Positions 50,990 to 59,971 of a DNA stretch of 64,000 bases are shown here, one piece after another. The DNA is from a virus (Duplodnaviria > Caudoviricetes). The notes beneath the pieces were generated by a model. That model made no database searches and was not told where the DNA came from. It saw only the letters and a program-made list of their open reading frames with translations. How positions within the stretch are numbered: the stretch's first letter is position 1; each line of letters opens with the position of its first letter. The position numbers and the translations under genes are program-made. The stretch is from the IMG/VR virus record IMGVR_UViG_3300010346_000241, positions 165,449 to 229,448 of that record; one strand, 5' to 3'.

Positions 50990-51074
50990 ATGTGTGTCCT
51001 CCTTTGTTTTAAGTGTCCATATAGGCACTGATTATATATATGTAGGGGATATCGTAAAAGTTAGCTATATGGGT

Positions 51075-51084
51075 TGTATATCAT
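51075..51084 (+). promoter_or_regulatory. Early-type promoter
   Basis: TGTATATCAT-N4-GTG. Confidence 0.55.
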
Positions 51085-51088
51085 TGTA

Positions 51089-51266
51089 GTGTATGAGGAT
51101 CACGATCGAATCTTCATGCACCTGACTGTAAATTATCTATGATCCCATAAGGAGAACGGGATCTCATGCAGCAGGTAAACAAAGGGTGTATCCCAAAGGG
51201 ATGTCTCGAAACGAGACTACATTAGCTCAGCATGACGGCCGTCAACCGTGTAGCACCTACTGAGCA
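51089..51266 (+). ncRNA. Ornate structured 5' leader RNA
   Basis: Stems GTGTATGAGGAT/ATCTTCATGCAC, ACCTG/CAGGT, GATCCC/GGGATC, ATCCC/GGGAT, GTCTCG/CGAGAC, GCTCAG/CTGAGC. Confidence 0.65.
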
Positions 51267-51272
51267 TGAATT

Positions 51273-51803
51273 ATGAAAACTAATAACAACAAGGCTGAAT
51301 CTACACGAACATATTCAACTGAAGAGATCTGCAGCAAGATTGCAGAACTCTTCGTTGAACAAAATGAATACGGCGACATCATGATCGCTGGTATTCCAGA
51401 TTCAGACTCCATACTAGACTCAAGGAAATTCTGCAAGGCTGTTGTGACCTTTGTAGAATCTGTAAAGTCACTCAACCCATATAATGCACTTTCAGCTCTG
51501 ACGTACATTGTGAGCTGGGATGAGGTAGAACACCTTGTCAACTGGCTGGGCAATACTAGACCCACTGACTGCGAGTGGTTAAACGCCATAAAGTGGGAAG
51601 ATGTCGTCTTTGATGACTATCTTTTAAACACTGTATGGCAAGGAAAAAGATTCAATAAAAGAGCCGCTGTTCTGCTTTATGGTATGGTATCATACCTGGC
51701 AGATACAGGGTTCGACCTCCGCATATACAACTACAGAGGTGATATCGCGTCGTTATCTGTAGCAACAGAAAACGCAGCTTACTTCTTTAAAGAAGATTTT
51801 TAA
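51273..51803 (+). CDS. Hypothetical protein lacking an adjacent SD sequence
   Basis: 176 aa with phage-like codon usage; upstream sequence CTACTGAGCATGAATT has no SD. Confidence 0.7.
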   Translation: MKTNNNKAESTRTYSTEEICSKIAELFVEQNEYGDIMIAGIPDSDSILDSRKFCKAVVTFVESVKSLNPYNALSALTYIVSWDEVEHLVNWLGNTRPTDCEWLNAIKWEDVVFDDYLLNTVWQGKRFNKRAAVLLYGMVSYLADTGFDLRIYNYRGDIASLSVATENAAYFFKEDF

Positions 51804-52007
51804 GACAGCTTCTCTGCCGAGGCACAAGGTAGATGAAGCAGCTTAAAACTAGTGTCTACCTGCAGGTTTCCAAATGACCTGTAGTCTCCTTTCCGTGGCG
51901 GCTAGGCTGTCACAACTTTACTTAGTATCCAGCGATATGCGGCATACATGTGGTTCATACTCCACATAGCATATCGCTGGTACTCCTCTTCTAAGAGGTT
52001 ATTTTTT
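51804..52007 (+). ncRNA. Ornate structured 3' RNA domain and terminator
   Basis: Stems GACAGCTT/AGGCTGTC, CTGCC/GGCGG, AGGTAGATG/TGTCTACCT, GCAGGTT/GACCTGT, CCAGCGATATGC/GCATATCGCTGG; CCTCTT/AAGAGG + T run. Confidence 0.65.
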
Positions 52008-52075
52008 CTTGTCGAACATCTCCGTAAAGAGGGCTATTGAACCCACTGTATCAAACTATAGAAAGAGGTGTTACT

Positions 52076-54436
52076 ATGGCAAGTACAATCGAACTAGTTC
52101 TTGAAGATGAAGTCGCTAAAGAAGACCGTACTTATACTGGCTCTAACGAATCAGAGATCTTCTACGATGGAACAGTTCAGACTAATCAATACATTGATCC
52201 TTCACAAATGAAAGCTAAGAAGACTATACCCTTTGTTCCACCTAGTCAGAACAAGAATGTGATGACTGATCCTCTTACAGGACAAAGGTCTACTGTCTAC
52301 TTTCAAATGAATACTAAGAACCAAAGCTTTCTGGATATGCACTACTACCTGAAAGCTATAGGAATCAAGAACAACAAGTTCTTCCTTATACTCTTTGATA
52401 AGGATCTTGCTAATGTAGATCCCTATGATCCTAAGCTTCCTCTGTTCATGAAACAGAAGATCTTTATAGAGTGTCAACGTAACTTCTTCTATTATATCAG
52501 AGAAGTCGTTAGAGTACAGAGCCAAGGTGGACCTTACGTCAGGTACAAGCTTGACAGAGGAAACCTAGCCCTTAACTTCTGCTTTACACTGTCTCTTAAT
52601 GTATACCATGAACAGCCTCGTCAGACTGGTAAAACAGTAGGATGTGAAGTATGGTATTCATGGATATACAACTTCGGTTCTCGAAACGCTAACATGGTCT
52701 TCCTTAATAAGAAGCTGGACGATGCTAAGAGAAACCTTGACGATATGAAGAAGATTATACAGGCTCTGCCGTCTTACCTTAGATTCGACCAGGCATTTGG
52801 TCAGAACGGTAAGAAGCTTAAAGCTCGTAATACTGTATCTTATGTACAGCACCCAATCAACTTCAACAAGATAGAAGCACTCGCTAGAGCAACCTCTAAG
52901 ACTGCTGCTATCTCCCTCCTCAGAGGTCGTACTATCACTAACTGTTGGCTCGACGAGTCTGCATTCTTCCCATTCCTTGGAGAGTCACTCTCTAATGCTA
53001 TGCCTGCCATGACAAGAGCCTTCAGAAACTGTCGTGATAATGGAGCTCCTCATGGACTTTGTCTTACATCTACACCTGGATTTATCTCTGATGAGTTCGG
53101 CAAGTATATGTATGATATGAGAAGCAACATGACTCCGTTCTCAGAACTCTGGTATGACCTTTCACTCCAAGAGCTTACCAATATACTCAACTCCAACGAG
53201 AAGAGTATCTTCGTACATATCAAGACTACTTATCAGCAGCTTGGCTATTCAGAAGAATGGTTCAAAGAGCGTTGTCGTGAACAAGAGTACAAGTGGACAG
53301 ATATCCGTAGAGAGTTCCTTCTCGAGTGGGCTATGTCTGCAGAGAACTCTCCATTCACAAAAGAACAGCTTGATATCGTTGGTAGATTCGTTAAGCAACC
53401 TAAGAAGCAAGTCTATGTCGGAGCATTCCTTCTCAATGTATATGAAGAGCTCAGACCAGGTATTGCTCCTATCGTTGGATGTGACGTTGCTGCTGGTTAC
53501 AATAAGGACTCATCTGCTATGAGCATAACAGACTCTACAACGTCTAAGCTTATGGCAGACTTCAACTGTAACTATATCTCTACTATCGACTTCGCTAGAG
53601 TCATCTATGATGTGGTAACCAACTGGATACCAAATGCTCTGGTAGTGGTCGAGCGTAATGGTGTAGGTACAGGTGTACTAGCAAAGCTTCTCAAGTCTAA
53701 GATCAAGTCTAATCTCTACTATGAGATTAAGGAGAGGACTATAGAAGAGAAGTATGACGGAGTCCATATCAATCGTAAGAAACAGCTCACTAGAGTCTAT
53801 GGACTCGACAACACTAAGATAGTCAGAGAACAGCTTATGGATCTTCTCATGCTTAGAATGGAAGACCATAAGGACAAGTTCGTATCTCCTATCATATATG
53901 AAGAGCTGAAGAACCTTGAGGTGAAGAAGACTGGTAGAATCGATCACTCTGCTCAGAGTCACGATGATGCAGTATTCTCTTATCTTCTTTCACTCTATCC
54001 TCTGTACTACGGTAAGAACGTTACAGAGAACTGGGGTATAAGAATACCTAACCTCCAGACTGAACAGCATGAAGCTGAAGAGCCTATCTTCCAGAGCTTC
54101 GAGGCTACAGAGGGAATCAATATCTCTGGTGACCTTGAGGGAATGCATGGTAGAGTAGAGCAGCAGCTTAAGGATCTGGATGATGGTACTATGCTCTATA
54201 AGGACTGGTTAGAGCAGCAGAGACAAGAAGACCAAGAGGCTCTTCAGAAGATTCTCTCTACTCCAGTAGGTAGAAAGGCATACAGCCAGAAGTTCAACAA
54301 GCCTATAGAAGAGCTGGAGGACCCCGCAAACCAGTACAGTATGCTTGGCACTATAGACCAGTTCTATAAGGATATGAATGATCCATACAGCAGTGTGGAT
54401 GATGATGAAGAAAACGACTTCTACTATGACTATTAA
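52076..54436 (+). CDS. terL: Terminase large subunit
   Basis: Walker A PRQTGKT, Walker B CWLDE, LTSTP, nuclease motifs GCDVAAG, VERN and HDD; start revised to ATG 52076; late-type promoter at 52015-52026. Confidence 0.92.
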   Translation: MASTIELVLEDEVAKEDRTYTGSNESEIFYDGTVQTNQYIDPSQMKAKKTIPFVPPSQNKNVMTDPLTGQRSTVYFQMNTKNQSFLDMHYYLKAIGIKNNKFFLILFDKDLANVDPYDPKLPLFMKQKIFIECQRNFFYYIREVVRVQSQGGPYVRYKLDRGNLALNFCFTLSLNVYHEQPRQTGKTVGCEVWYSWIYNFGSRNANMVFLNKKLDDAKRNLDDMKKIIQALPSYLRFDQAFGQNGKKLKARNTVSYVQHPINFNKIEALARATSKTAAISLLRGRTITNCWLDESAFFPFLGESLSNAMPAMTRAFRNCRDNGAPHGLCLTSTPGFISDEFGKYMYDMRSNMTPFSELWYDLSLQELTNILNSNEKSIFVHIKTTYQQLGYSEEWFKERCREQEYKWTDIRREFLLEWAMSAENSPFTKEQLDIVGRFVKQPKKQVYVGAFLLNVYEELRPGIAPIVGCDVAAGYNKDSSAMSITDSTTSKLMADFNCNYISTIDFARVIYDVVTNWIPNALVVVERNGVGTGVLAKLLKSKIKSNLYYEIKERTIEEKYDGVHINRKKQLTRVYGLDNTKIVREQLMDLLMLRMEDHKDKFVSPIIYEELKNLEVKKTGRIDHSAQSHDDAVFSYLLSLYPLYYGKNVTENWGIRIPNLQTEQHEAEEPIFQSFEATEGINISGDLEGMHGRVEQQLKDLDDGTMLYKDWLEQQRQEDQEALQKILSTPVGRKAYSQKFNKPIEELEDPANQYSMLGTIDQFYKDMNDPYSSVDDDEENDFYYDY

Positions 54437-54482
54437 GAACGGCGGGAGCTTAAGTGCTCCCGTCATTCTATTCTCTCTCTGT

Positions 54483-54492
54483 TATATATTAT
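54483..54492 (+). promoter_or_regulatory. Early-type promoter
   Basis: TATATATTAT-N4-GTG. Confidence 0.65.
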
Positions 54493-54536
54493 AGAAGTGC
54501 GTTCAAATAAAAATCATAGACAAAGGAGGTCTTCTT

Positions 54537-56057
54537 ATGAAACGCAAAGTAACAATAGCAGCGATCATACTGATCACATTCTGTGCTCTCAGAGGAGTAC
54601 AAATAACCTGGAACAACCAGGTTGTAGCAGACTTTGTAGCTAATGGATATAGCAACAGAGTCTTTATATCTCTGATTCTTGTAAATGTAGCATTCTTTGT
54701 CATAGATGCAGTAATGCGTATCTGCGGCAAGGCTGTGAGAACTGGTATCGGAAACGATAACAAGATGTCATTGATAAAGAGAGTTCTTAACTCTTCCATC
54801 AAAGATATCAATTCAACCACTGTAGGCAAGATCAATTCTGTTGTTGATAAGATATCAGATCTTAAGGGACATATCTTTGTCACTACTGCTACGTCTCTAG
54901 CTACTTTAATTCCATTTTTCTCTGCTGTGTTTAAACTCAGAGAACATCCTGTGACTATAGTGATTCTATTTACTTGTGCTATAATAACAGGATTCATATT
55001 CTTCTTTGAGGAGAGAATCTTTAAGTTCTCTGAGAAGGAGACGAAAGCCCAGGCTAAGTTCAGTTCCGTCACCATAGATGGACTGAACAATATAAAGACT
55101 ATAAAATATCTTCGTAAAAGTGCATTCCTTATCAAATCGGCAGAGGAGTCTCAACATGACGCTTATAAGTACAGTGTCAATATTCCTAAGAGACTCTTCG
55201 ATACATTGGGTATGGCAATACTTAGTATACCTACCATAGTATCAGTATTTTTGTTCAGGGAAAACATGGATGTAGTAGCATTCATGTTTATGAACGAATG
55301 GGTCATCTACAATGGTCTCGGCACTATAGTGGATGTAATAGATCTAATCGTTCAGTTAAAAGCAAATGAGAAGATAATAGAGAGTCTTGATGGTACTTCC
55401 GATACTGATATAAAGATCGACATGCCTGAAAGGTTTAGAGTCCATGGTCAGTTTGACCATGGTAAGAACTCACCTCTCTTCATCGTTGACGTGGAGATAA
55501 AGCGCTGCGTGCGCTATCTCATAACAGGTGAGAAAGGAGAAGGTAAGTCTTCATTTGCTAATGTGCTTGTAGGAGCCATTACTAATGATTGGCTCATCGG
55601 CCCTCCAAAAAACCTGAACACATATTATGTGTATCAGGAAACAGAACTCCTGAATGATAGTCTGAGAAACAATATCACTTTTGGTGATAGACGTATCTCA
55701 GATCAGGAGATACTTAAGCTCTTCGAAGAGCTTAATATGTTGAAATGGTATAAGACTCTTGATGAGGGCCTTGATACCATTGTAGGAGAGAAAGGCAACA
55801 AACTCTCCAGTGGTCTCAAACAGAGTATCAATCTCATCAGAGCAATCGTTGAGATGAGACGAAGACCAAATAAGTTATATATCTTTGACGAGATCACATC
55901 TAATATGGATGATGATTCGCGTCATAGAGCTATCAACCTCATTGACAGAGAGTGCCATAGTACACTCGTAGTGATAAGTCATAACGAAGGGTTTGACAAG
56001 ATCTGTGGTCATCACATCAATGTGGCTGATCATAAGATCATTCTTGAAGAGGAATAA
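54537..56057 (+). CDS. ABC exporter, fused permease and ATPase
   Basis: Multiple TM helices; Walker A GEKGEGKS, Q-loop VYQE, signature LSSGLKQ, Walker B IFDE, H-loop VISH. Confidence 0.9.
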   Translation: MKRKVTIAAIILITFCALRGVQITWNNQVVADFVANGYSNRVFISLILVNVAFFVIDAVMRICGKAVRTGIGNDNKMSLIKRVLNSSIKDINSTTVGKINSVVDKISDLKGHIFVTTATSLATLIPFFSAVFKLREHPVTIVILFTCAIITGFIFFFEERIFKFSEKETKAQAKFSSVTIDGLNNIKTIKYLRKSAFLIKSAEESQHDAYKYSVNIPKRLFDTLGMAILSIPTIVSVFLFRENMDVVAFMFMNEWVIYNGLGTIVDVIDLIVQLKANEKIIESLDGTSDTDIKIDMPERFRVHGQFDHGKNSPLFIVDVEIKRCVRYLITGEKGEGKSSFANVLVGAITNDWLIGPPKNLNTYYVYQETELLNDSLRNNITFGDRRISDQEILKLFEELNMLKWYKTLDEGLDTIVGEKGNKLSSGLKQSINLIRAIVEMRRRPNKLYIFDEITSNMDDDSRHRAINLIDRECHSTLVVISHNEGFDKICGHHINVADHKIILEEE

Positions 56058-56067
56058 GGAAACGAAT

Positions 56068-56103
56068 AGGGAGGACGCTTATGCGCCCTCCCGTTTGTTT
56101 TTT
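56068..56103. terminator. Terminator between convergent genes
   Basis: GGGAGGACGC-ttat-GCGCCCTCCC followed by a T run. Confidence 0.7.
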
Positions 56104-56218
56104 ATTAGATGAACTGCGAAGTGATTTCACTGTCGAAGCTTGGATAAAAGAAGTCTTCTTCGAACTGGTTAGTCGCGATACTCTCTTGCTTAGCGAATCC
56201 CGACTCCAGTTCAGCTAT

Positions 56219-57064
56219 TCATTTATCTACTTCCTCGAGTGTAGCAGCCTCTTCAGGCTTCTGCATGAGACCCTCAAGAAGATCCTTTCCGATCTGCTCT
56301 ACGTTTACACCCTTACCGCCGTTAGCTGCTAAGTTCTGCTGTACTGCCTTCTGGAAGAGCTCTTCCTTCTGCTTCTTCATCTCTTCAACAAGCTCTTTGT
56401 AATAGTCTTCCTGATATACTTCCCAAGAGCAGTTGAACATCTCAGGTACAGTTTCCTTCCACGGAACACAGCCGAATCTGCTGGTTACGTAAAGATAAGG
56501 ATGAGTCATCTTGCTGTTCTCATCAGGCCACTGAGTTTTGATGAACACATCGGGCTGCCAGTTAGGAAGTCTCATGATCATACCATTCTTATTAGGATCG
56601 GTGATCAGCTTAAGAGCTTCAGAGAACATAAGTCCCTTATTTGACTTAAAGTCAGACTCTGAGACTGCCTGAATAGCATACTTGGTGACACCGTAGTCGT
56701 TCGTATCCGTGCTCCAGAGCTTTTCCCTGTCTATATCCTTTACTACGACATGAGCGTTTGTACCAAGCTCTATGTCGATAAGCTGGAAGTCCTCAGGAAG
56801 GAACTCTACGAGCCAAGGAGGAATAAAGAAGAGATCTTCCTCTGGTTTTATTCTGAGACCGCCGAATGCAGTGATCTCTTCAGCAGTAAGAGTAGTAGCA
56901 TCCCAGTTCTGATCTGCAAGAAAGTTCTTGTATCCCTTGACCTGGTCAACGAAGTCCTTCTTAACGTCGAATTCGTTATCCTTGTTGTATGCTCCTATGA
57001 GAAAGGAGACAATGTTGGCAAAAGTTGCCATGATGCCTGTGGGTGAAATGTTGTTCTTATTCAT
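56219..57064 (-). CDS. Fusion protein: uncharacterised N-terminal domain + DUF2829/Tad2-like domain + coiled-coil tail
   Basis: LMFSEALK..MRLPNW...SKMTHPYLY..VPWKETVPEMFNCSWEV matches the DUF2829 pattern. Confidence 0.7.
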   Translation of the reverse strand: MNKNNISPTGIMATFANIVSFLIGAYNKDNEFDVKKDFVDQVKGYKNFLADQNWDATTLTAEEITAFGGLRIKPEEDLFFIPPWLVEFLPEDFQLIDIELGTNAHVVVKDIDREKLWSTDTNDYGVTKYAIQAVSESDFKSNKGLMFSEALKLITDPNKNGMIMRLPNWQPDVFIKTQWPDENSKMTHPYLYVTSRFGCVPWKETVPEMFNCSWEVYQEDYYKELVEEMKKQKEELFQKAVQQNLAANGGKGVNVEQIGKDLLEGLMQKPEEAATLEEVDK

Positions 57065-57203
57065 GTGCGTTTACCTCTTTCTTAGTTTCATTTATAGAAC
57101 GAACCGCTTTGATCAACTCTATAAGATTGAGATTGATATTGTGCAGCTCGTCGTCTATGTGTCTTAAAGTAGCAGAAATCTCTGCTTCGGTATACATTCC
57201 CAT
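57057..57203 (-). CDS. Small 48-aa helical protein (not in the ORF track)
   Basis: SD GAGAGG before ATG 57203; MGMYTEAEISATLRHIDDELHNINLNLIELIKAVRSINETKKEVNAHE; overlaps the next start. Confidence 0.6.
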   Translation of the reverse strand: MGMYTEAEISATLRHIDDELHNINLNLIELIKAVRSINETKKEVNAHE

Positions 57204-57221
57204 ACAACTAACCTCTCTTAG

Positions 57222-57785
57222 TTACTCGTTTCCACAGAATAGAGACTTTATAACTTCAAGTCCATCTTCTGGAGTGTGACCGTCCCATCTAGGTGCTTTC
57301 TCCAAGTACTCGATCTCAGCCTTTTCAAATAAGGGGAGATACTTTTCGTCGAAGTGATATGTTACACTACCATAGTCGGTACTCATACCAGCAATGAACA
57401 TTCCAGGAAACATAGTTCCATCTTCATGTTGTTTAGAATACCATGGGCGTGCAAAGATATGAAGACTCTCATAATCAGCGAACTCATTTACATCCTGTAT
57501 AGAACGCAGTAATGCTAAGAACAGAATGCTTCTGTGTTCGTAGAGTTCATTGAATGTGTGATAGCCATCTGATACGTCTCCCATATCAGGAGTGCCATCA
57601 CTGTTTCTCTTAGTACCAGATATCACCTTGTTCCAAGAGTCTGTATCTTTAGAAGCCTCCTCAAGGGTAGCTCCAAGATAGTCATTAGAAAGTTGTTCCA
57701 TACGTGTACCCTTCTTCATGTGGTATTCATCGAGGATTCTATCAGTTGAGGTTTTAGAGCCGTCCTCGTTATAGAATTTAGCCAT
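57222..57785 (-). CDS. WDGH-motif phage protein
   Basis: SDGYHTFNELYEHR..LF, WYSKQHEDG, FIAGM, VTYH, APRWDGHT. Confidence 0.7.
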   Translation of the reverse strand: MAKFYNEDGSKTSTDRILDEYHMKKGTRMEQLSNDYLGATLEEASKDTDSWNKVISGTKRNSDGTPDMGDVSDGYHTFNELYEHRSILFLALLRSIQDVNEFADYESLHIFARPWYSKQHEDGTMFPGMFIAGMSTDYGSVTYHFDEKYLPLFEKAEIEYLEKAPRWDGHTPEDGLEVIKSLFCGNE

Positions 57786-57797
57786 TTCGATCGCCCC

Positions 57798-58220
57798 TTA
57801 CTTAAAGTCTTTGATATCTCTGATAACCTCGAAGTCCTGACCAGGTGCATAGGTCAATCTGATATCACGAATGTCACATACATTGATACTAGTAACACCA
57901 GCTTTACCGTCCTCGGAGTAGTCTATCTTGATAGTATCTACCTCTGCAAGCTTAGCCTGATTAGTCTCCTTATCGTAGTTAACAAAGCCCTTATAGTCAG
58001 GACGATTCCTCATAGTGAATCCTACGATTCTGCAGTTATAAGTCTTCAGACCAGGTGCCTCATCGCTGATGACATCGATCTGATATTCATTGTTAGAGCT
58101 TATCTGGAAGATAGTTCCTTTGGCTCCATTAGTTGTCTGGTTCCATACTGTTAACTGAAGCTGAAAGAAACACTGAGCGTCAGTCTTCAGAAAGGTTAAG
58201 CTTCCTTTTTCGTTTACCAT
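57798..58220 (-). CDS. Hypothetical protein
   Basis: 140 aa; SD AGGAGG; late-type promoter at 58246-58257. Confidence 0.75.
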   Translation of the reverse strand: MVNEKGSLTFLKTDAQCFFQLQLTVWNQTTNGAKGTIFQISSNNEYQIDVISDEAPGLKTYNCRIVGFTMRNRPDYKGFVNYDKETNQAKLAEVDTIKIDYSEDGKAGVTSINVCDIRDIRLTYAPGQDFEVIRDIKDFK

Positions 58221-58268
58221 TAGAGTGAACCTCCTATTCTTAGTTTATAGGATAGTTCAGGGAAGCGA

Positions 58269-59969
58269 TTAACGCTTCCCCTTCTTACCCTTCTTCTTTT
58301 TACCACCGTACTTAGCGTCCTTCATTCTTCTGTTGAGGAACCTTCTGTTGAGGAACTGACGGACTTCTGATACAAGGATAGCAATGTTGTTTCTGATCTC
58401 ACGGATAGTATCACTAGTGTCAGCAGACATAGCGATATTCATTACACCAGTGAGAAGATAGAATGTATAGACGTTTCCTACAAGTGAACCCTTAGGCTGT
58501 TCGTAGCAAGAATCGCCAAGCATTACTACGAGTGTCTCTGCTACCTCTTCATCCACCATTAACCGACGTAACGGGATAGCAAGTGACTCGATGTCTCTGA
58601 TCTTCGGTACAGTACCTTCATAGTAAGCATTGAAGGATGCTGTGTACTGCTTGATCTTACGAGACTTCTTATAGCAGCGGTTAAGATAGGTGTCTCCACC
58701 ATTCTCGATGTGCTTCTTAATGAGTTCGAGTGTGTGAGTGTAACAAAAGTACTTAGCGATTTCTCTGAGCTCTTCTGCTTTCTCAGGATTAGATTCCTGG
58801 ATCTTGTCAGCAGTCTCAAGAAGACCAGTCTCGAACTTCTCCTTTACTTCATCAGTATAAGAGTCAACGATAACGCCAGTTACATTACCTGCAGCTTTAG
58901 CGTATGTGTTCAACTCATTCTGGAAGTTGTTTATCTCAGTACTCATGAAAGCATCAGAGATGATATCATTGATAAGGTTCTTAGCAAAGAACTCAAGAAT
59001 AGCATGTCTTGGTGCTTCTCCAGTCTCTGAAGCTGACTTACGAATCTGCAGCTTGATAGTCTCAGGAAGAGCATTGAATACAGAGAACTTCTCTCCTGCC
59101 TTATAACGTCTCATAATGTCTACAAGAGCCATAGCATCATTGTCCGAGATTGCATCGCCGACAATATTATGCATGTTTGTAAGAACCTGATCGTCTGTAA
59201 CTTCAAGTGTAGATACAGGAACGTCCTCGAGATCTTCATCTGTTATAGGAGCTTGCTGCTCTTCAGCAACCTTCACGGGTTCCATATCATCATTCATCTG
59301 AACAGCTTCGCCAAGACCCTCAACAGTACCGACTTCAGGAGTATACTCAGTAGCTTCAGTGTTGACTGCTTCTGCAGGAAACACTTCGGACTCATCCTCC
59401 TTTACCTCCTCTACGTCTGACTCGACTATTGCTGCGTTGGGATCTTCTGCATCACGGATTCTTGATTCTACTTTGCCAAGGTCAGCCATTATGCTGGCTT
59501 CCATAAAGCCCTCCATAGTATCATATCCATTAGCATTGATCTGGTTCTGAATGTTCTGTTCCATTTCGGCCATTGCCATGTCCTCCTTATTGTATTGTGC
59601 ATTTGCTTTCTGTATTCTGGTGAAGTAGTCGAGATCCTCTATAGACATTCCATTGGGATTTCTGAGAAGACCCTTCACTATTCCGCTAGTGAGAGCTCCC
59701 ATCTCATCCATCTCACTGATTCTCTCAGCTTCTAAAGGATTAGCACTGGCAGCGAAGCCATCATGCCTTCCTTTCATCTCTGGAGCTTTTCCGAGTATAG
59801 GATCCAGTACCTGATTGTCAGCATTCTGTCTCCTCTGTTCATCGAGAGCTCCAATGATCATATCTACTTCAGCACTATGGTCAGCACCATCATATAGAGT
59901 CTTATCTCCAGTAGTGTATGCACCCTCATGAGATAAGTCTATTTCATAACCTCTCTTGCTAGTAGGCAT
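58269..59969 (-). CDS. Hypothetical acidic protein with a Lys-rich C-terminal tail
   Basis: 566 aa; SD AAGGAGG; ends GGKKKKGKKGKR. Confidence 0.8.
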   Translation of the reverse strand: MPTSKRGYEIDLSHEGAYTTGDKTLYDGADHSAEVDMIIGALDEQRRQNADNQVLDPILGKAPEMKGRHDGFAASANPLEAERISEMDEMGALTSGIVKGLLRNPNGMSIEDLDYFTRIQKANAQYNKEDMAMAEMEQNIQNQINANGYDTMEGFMEASIMADLGKVESRIRDAEDPNAAIVESDVEEVKEDESEVFPAEAVNTEATEYTPEVGTVEGLGEAVQMNDDMEPVKVAEEQQAPITDEDLEDVPVSTLEVTDDQVLTNMHNIVGDAISDNDAMALVDIMRRYKAGEKFSVFNALPETIKLQIRKSASETGEAPRHAILEFFAKNLINDIISDAFMSTEINNFQNELNTYAKAAGNVTGVIVDSYTDEVKEKFETGLLETADKIQESNPEKAEELREIAKYFCYTHTLELIKKHIENGGDTYLNRCYKKSRKIKQYTASFNAYYEGTVPKIRDIESLAIPLRRLMVDEEVAETLVVMLGDSCYEQPKGSLVGNVYTFYLLTGVMNIAMSADTSDTIREIRNNIAILVSEVRQFLNRRFLNRRMKDAKYGGKKKKGKKGKR

Positions 59970-59971
59970 TG

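Noticed and set aside
16686-54436. Introns or inteins in the RNAP and terminase genes (common in AR9-like phages)
   Set aside because: Reading frames are continuous, with no intein terminal motifs or homing-endonuclease insertions visible.
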